Virus record (IMG/VR): IMGVR_UViG_3300013947_000004
DNA from: a virus
DNA length: 64,000 nt
Strand: one strand, 5' to 3'
The first letter of the stretch is position 1; each line of letters starts with the position of its first letter. Of this stretch, positions 62,894 through 64,000 are shown piece by piece. The translations under genes were made by a program, and so were the position numbers. The notes under the pieces were generated by a model that was not told the origin of the DNA, did not search any database, and was given only the letters and a program-made list of their open reading frames with translations.

Positions 62894-63172
62894 TTACACC
62901 TGTCTATTTACAATCGTCGGTGGCTTAAACGCAGAACCAAATATCTCCCCATTATCTAAAAGCACCAAAGAGCGTTTCCCCCGACCACGTGTAGCGTCAT
63001 GGTATTTGCCCTCATCTCTAGCTTTTAAATATAAAGTATGGGTGTATTTACCAATATATGGAAGGATGGAAGTTACACGGTTTACATTAACCATAAAACC
63101 AAAACCTATACCTAAAAAGGGGCCGTTTTCATTATTTAAGCCTATCCTTGTTTCTAAAGCTCCTTTTGACAT
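62894..63172 (-). CDS. RemA/DUF370-family DNA-binding protein homologue.
   Basis: Start refined to the ATG at 63172 (RBS AGAGGAGGAG). IGFGFMVNVNRVTSI...ARDEGKYHDATRGRGKRSLVLLDNGEIFGSAFKPPTIVNR aligns with B. subtilis RemA as I remember it. Confidence 0.6.
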   Translation of the reverse strand: MSKGALETRIGLNNENGPFLGIGFGFMVNVNRVTSILPYIGKYTHTLYLKARDEGKYHDATRGRGKRSLVLLDNGEIFGSAFKPPTIVNRQV

Positions 63173-63435
63173 AACTCCTCCTCTATTACAAATAAATACC
63201 TCCCCGCCACGAGGAGGCCCCCTTTTGCAAATGAAAACAAGGAAAACCTTATTTAGCATAGGAAAAGCAGGGTATATTTTAAGAAGTCCCCGTAGAGATA
63301 CTTCCTTGGCTGTTAAAATTTCAGGCTTATGCAGTCACGTCTGACCAAACCAACCTTAAAAAGTATGCCCGTCCGTTTAGGATAGAGCTACTTTCGAGGG
63401 TCTACCCTCCCAGCATAATTTAATGGTTTCTTTCT

Positions 63436-63509
63436 TGGCGAGGACTGATAGATTCGAACTACCATTAAGGGTTTTGGAGACCCCTGTTCTTCCATTAAAC
63501 TAAATCCCC
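63436..63509 (-). tRNA. trnW: tRNA-Trp (anticodon CCA), with the CCA end encoded.
   Basis: Hand-folded cloverleaf. Acceptor GGGGATT/AGTCCTC. D stem GTTT/GAAC. Anticodon stem GGGGT/ACCCT with loop CTCCAAA. T arm GGTAG-TTCGAAT-CTATC. Confidence 0.8.
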
Positions 63510-63644
63510 AAGATATTCTCTTACCAAACTCTCCTGCCGTAGGATACAAAGTTCAGAGAAAAGCTTTAATCACCTCCTTTCAACTACGGCAAAGTAATAT
63601 TTGCTTTAGTTGTCAAAAGGTATCACCTCTTTCAAAGTGTTTAT

Positions 63645-64000
63645 TTACATACTCCCGGCGAATGGGATATCTTCCCCACCGACTTTTTCATAACTGCTAA
63701 CGGGAGCAAAGTATACTTGGTCTTGGTATGCCAAAGCATCAATTAAATCATCGTGTAAAGATTTAGGGAAAGCAAGAAGTTCTCCTTCTAATTCTCCGAG
63801 AAAGGAAGCTCCCATGGGGAACCATACCGTACCTGCTTTAAATCTTGGCTGGATGGCTTTAATACGTTCTTCCTTCTTTTCTTTTGCTTCCAAATCTTTT
63901 ACCGTGAACCAGACATTCCTCTTAGGCATTTCCTTTTCTACAAAGTGGGATAACGCCGCTTGGTACGCAACCTTTTCCATTCCTACATATACTGGCTTAT
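63645..64000 (-). CDS. terL: Terminase large subunit, C-terminal (nuclease) part. The ORF is open to the window end.
   Basis: ...HDDLIDALAYQDQ. The frame continues upstream of the listed Met (KPVYVG-MEKV). Confidence 0.7.
   Translation of the reverse strand, partial: KPVYVGMEKVAYQAALSHFVEKEMPKRNVWFTVKDLEAKEKKEERIKAIQPRFKAGTVWFPMGASFLGELEGELLAFPKSLHDDLIDALAYQDQVYFAPVSSYEKVGGEDIPFAGSM

Noticed and set aside
63173-63259. 29-aa N-terminal extension of the RemA-like ORF (MLNKVFLVFICKRGPPRGGEVFICNRGGV).
   Set aside because: It has no RBS and crosses a hairpin. A strong AGAGGAGGAG RBS precedes the internal ATG at 63172, where the RemA homology begins.
63436-63509. A suppressor tRNA implying stop-codon recoding.
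   Set aside because: The anticodon is CCA, an ordinary Trp anticodon. All long ORFs are intact under the standard code.

Overview
The window looks like almost the whole genome of a temperate, tail-tube-less (podovirus-like) dsDNA phage. The host is probably a low-GC anaerobic Gram-positive bacterium; I infer this from GGAGG ribosome-binding sites, anaerobic RNR genes, a Prp-type NIQLFA motif and a RemA homologue. The large terminase gene (minus strand) is cut by the window edges: its N-terminus is at 813..1 and its C-terminus at 64000..63645, so the molecule is probably circular or permuted and 1-2 kb longer than the window.

Layout:
- Control region, 813-1260.
- A plus-strand accessory or early island, 1.2-9.1 kb. 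It starts with a roughly 0.85-kb ORF-free structured RNA candidate and then carries amidoligase, SprT-like and SNF2 genes. It sits between terL and terS.
- A minus-strand replication and nucleotide-metabolism module, 9.1-26.9 kb: terS, a sigma-like activator, NrdD/NrdG, ThyX-like, dUTPase, nucleases, primase-helicase, an ori-like repeat array and a Rad52-type annealing protein.
- A plus-strand lysogeny cassette (Int, XRE), followed by DnaE on the minus strand.
- A long minus-strand late operon, 32.8-64 kb: lysis genes, a 2373-aa virion protein, hydrolases, fibres, capsid, portal, a RemA-like gene and tRNA-Trp.

Five self-splicing elements are present: three inteins (TerL, helicase, DnaE) and two group I introns (nrdD, major capsid).

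The two items I rate highest are the large ncRNA candidate and a four-copy, roughly 120-bp promoter-plus-leader cassette, two copies of which fire antisense into late genes. All functional calls come from reading motifs by eye. No database search was run.
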